DNA of 64,000 nucleotides from Bugula neritina (taxonomy: Eukaryota; Animalia; Bryozoa), in NCBI GenBank assembly GCA_964035545.1, contig OZ037767.1, positions 19,236,628 to 19,300,627 of the forward strand, written 5' to 3'. The position numbers and the translations under genes were made by a program. Positions 62,601 to 64,000 of the stretch are shown here, in pieces. Each line of letters opens with the position of its first letter. Position 1 is the first letter of the stretch. A model generated the notes under the pieces. That model saw only the letters and a list, made by a program, of their open reading frames with translations. It was not told where the DNA came from and searched no databases.

Positions 62601-63609
62601 CAGAATGCATGCCAACGTTGTTGTAGAGCCATTGATGGTGGCTGAGTTTCCTCAGCGTCCTTGGGAGAAGTTAGGTAGTGATTTATTTTTTGTTCACGAT
62701 CGGTGGTATCTCTTAGTAGTAGACTATTATTCTAGGTTTGTCGAGGTTGCTTTGTTAGCTGAACTCACCAGTAAGGAAGTTATTAGCCATATGCGGAGTA
62801 TCTTTGCACGCCATGGTGTTCCAGATGTGTTGGTTTCAGACAATGGCCCCCAGTACGCCAGTCATGAGTTTAAGTTGTTTGTTTCTTCTTACCTGTTTGC
62901 CCATGTCACTAGTTCACCAAAGCATCCTCAGGCTAATGGAGAGGCTGAGAGGGCAGTCCAAACAGTTAAGTCCCTGCTCAAGAAAGAGACAGATCCGTAC
63001 CTTGCACTGTTGGCCTATCGATCTTCTCCTCTGGAGAATGGCTTGTCTCCTGCTGAGCTGTTGATGGGCCGAAAGCTGAAGACCACTGTTCCTGCACTCC
63101 CTAAGCTGTTAATCCCTCAGCCTGTAGAGAGATTGGCAGTTCAGGAGAAAGAAGAGTTGAAGCGCAGTCAAGTGAAAGAGAATTTTGTCAGGGTGAGAAT
63201 TAGAGACTTGAACAGGGACGCAGTAGTTATCCAACAGTGCGCACCGAGATCATACACTGTTCAAGACACAGGTGGTACTGAGTTAAGACGCAACCGTAGA
63301 AGTCTCACACCAACTCACTCGTCACCCGTTATGAGTCTAGCAAGTGATCTAGCTGTTCAGTTCAAGGACCAACCAATTCATAGTAGTCCCAGACAGACCA
63401 CTGTATTTGGGGGTCAAGCCCAACAATCCCCATCAGATAGTAGGTTGGATGTTCAGCCCCGAGAAAGGCCAGTTCAGGTTAGCCCCCACCAAGCATTCGT
63501 TCCTCTAGATAGGGCCAAACAGACCCACTCAGTTTCTAGCTCTGCTGTTCGTCTGTCCAAAACTAGGTCTGGCCGCGAAGTCCGCGCTCCGCTAAAACTT
63601 GACCTCTAG
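59638..63609 (+). CDS. gag-pol: Gag-Pol polyprotein (1323 aa): gag, 2 CCHC knuckles, protease, RT, RNase H, integrase
   Basis: ATG 59638 (MAKFNPP); CGRCGHNTHRFGKC and CHKCQKRGHFARVC; FKLDTGA; LDANSGFYQI, LPFGLSSSPE, VHMDDV; TDACRNGIG, TDHKPL; HQGHLG..CNTC; GSDLF, SDNGPQY, ANGEAERAVQT. Domain order PR-RT-RH-IN. Confidence 0.97.
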   Translation: MAKFNPPAEFDFLPEKWAEWAKRWSRYRQISKLDKEEEEIQINSFLYCMGPTSESIFSSLGLSEENKKKYNEVLAGFENYFSPKKYVIYERAKFFKRDQQQAESVEHYIRALNESADKCDFGDKRSEQIRDRLVVGIADQGLSREMQKMDIDQLTEATAVAMARQAEQVDKNVKELYNDVKSLDAVRVSSSKHKHSTQQSKAANSAQADANPCGRCGHNTHRFGKCPAQDSVCHKCQKRGHFARVCRSKGGAVQSVEENDYDQPTSDVEPCNKGQYFLGEVTDRDVNVEWTKSVVVDQLLVPVRFKLDTGADVTIIPRQLCKSVQLKQPDKSLFGPSNSQIPVLGYFDSTLSVGRYKVADRLYVVAHNKALLSRRACVGLGLVSCNTQLDCVTESADKFRNEFPSLFSGLGKMSQEAEIQVNTSSPPHAICVPRSVPYPLLDKVKAELDEMVELGVIFSVSEPTDWCSPMVIVPKASGRIRICVDYTQLNKVVRREVYPMAHVDSSLAKLGNGKVFSKLDANSGFYQIPLSKSSKLLTTFLTPFGRYAYHRLPFGLSSSPEIYAKVVSQVLCGLEGVIVHMDDVCVWGNTVEEHDARVRAVLRRMSDAGMTMNSSKCEFSKSSIKFLGHSISDKGIQANPEAVQGIRDFRTPRSVSDVRSFLGMANQLSKFTPKLAELSRPLRDLLCKTSPWFWGEAQSIAFARIKEELSKDFVLAAYDPKAETTIQTDACRNGIGAVLLQLQPDGSKRVVAAASRALTDTEMRYATIEQEALGVVWACTKFRNYITGITVKIQTDHKPLIPLLNEIELDKLTVRIQRFRMRLMRFAYVVEHIAGKDNVLADALSRSQASPSVDEVAFVEEVELAVKEGHKLFASSQRLVQLAKLQRADEVLAQVIKFVETSWPEYLTNQDILLRPYFESRSLISIQDGLLALGDRIVSPQVERLEVLRTIHQGHLGVTKCRARARQYVWWPGISQQIADMVRQCNTCRMHANVVVEPLMVAEFPQRPWEKLGSDLFFVHDRWYLLVVDYYSRFVEVALLAELTSKEVISHMRSIFARHGVPDVLVSDNGPQYASHEFKLFVSSYLFAHVTSSPKHPQANGEAERAVQTVKSLLKKETDPYLALLAYRSSPLENGLSPAELLMGRKLKTTVPALPKLLIPQPVERLAVQEKEELKRSQVKENFVRVRIRDLNRDAVVIQQCAPRSYTVQDTGGTELRRNRRSLTPTHSSPVMSLASDLAVQFKDQPIHSSPRQTTVFGGQAQQSPSDSRLDVQPRERPVQVSPHQAFVPLDRAKQTHSVSSSAVRLSKTRSGREVRAPLKLDL

Positions 63610-64000
63610 CCTCCTGTCTCATGCCTTGTTATATTCTGGTATCATTTTCTGATATTATTTTCTGGTATTATGTTCTCGTAATGGTTAACATGTTTGTATT
63701 TTTATGCTTATCAGCCTGTTAATACTTGCTAAATTCATCTATACGCTTTGTATCACTTTTTGTATATTACGCATTTCAGTTGTGTTTGTTTTTAGAAAGA
63801 GAGGTGTTGTATTATACTCGAAACCGCACATGCGGAATTACTTTACTGTTTGTTTTATTCGTATGCATTGTTATAGTACGTATGTTTATCGCTAAAATAC
63901 ATCATCTTGGTATTAACACAACAGAAACAGTTACAAGTGTCTGTCAGTATCAGTAACACATTCGCGATTCACTGTCAGTTTCACATTGTTATTGTGATAG

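Larger units (their letters stand above)
59422..63923 (+). mobile_element. Full-length Ty3/Gypsy LTR retrotransposon, Mag-clade-like, recent insertion
   Basis: Short LTRs 59422-59542 and 63805-63923 (TGTTG...CAACA; identical except a 2-bp indel), 5-bp TSD GAAAC, PBS 59543-59559, PPT AGAAAGAGAGG 63794-63804, single gag-pol ORF. Confidence 0.97.

Overview
AT-rich, intron-rich animal (invertebrate-like) genomic DNA; the species cannot be determined from sequence alone. Five spliced host genes were reconstructed by hand from GT-AG junctions: the 3' end of an unidentified, possibly tail-anchored gene (+, ends 2375); a rotund/squeeze/lin-29/ZNF362-384 family C2H2 zinc-finger gene (-, 4596-18911); parvin (+, 24038-35252); a metazoan UPRT homolog (+, 45332-47712); and cullin-5 (-, 49090 to >58677). 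There are two complete LTR retrotransposons. One is an intact-looking Mag-like Gypsy element (59422-63923). The other is a non-autonomous Gypsy element (40626-44865) with gag, a -1 frameshift signal and protease but no RT/RNaseH/integrase core, plus an extra 3' ORF encoding a zinc-finger/SR-like/coiled-coil protein. A tRNA-derived SINE family and several MITE families are also present. The most striking unexplained patterns are: (1) about a dozen intronic tandem arrays anchored at or next to exon boundaries, several of which multiply the splice signal itself (about 67 GTGAGT donors in one parvin intron; 12 copies of acceptor plus exon start filling another); (2) the zinc-finger accessory ORF in the LTR element; (3) roughly 6-bp-periodic, non-tandem tracts starting at candidate first-intron donors; (4) a SINE whose target-site duplication copied a splice acceptor and whose tail supplies its pyrimidine tract.
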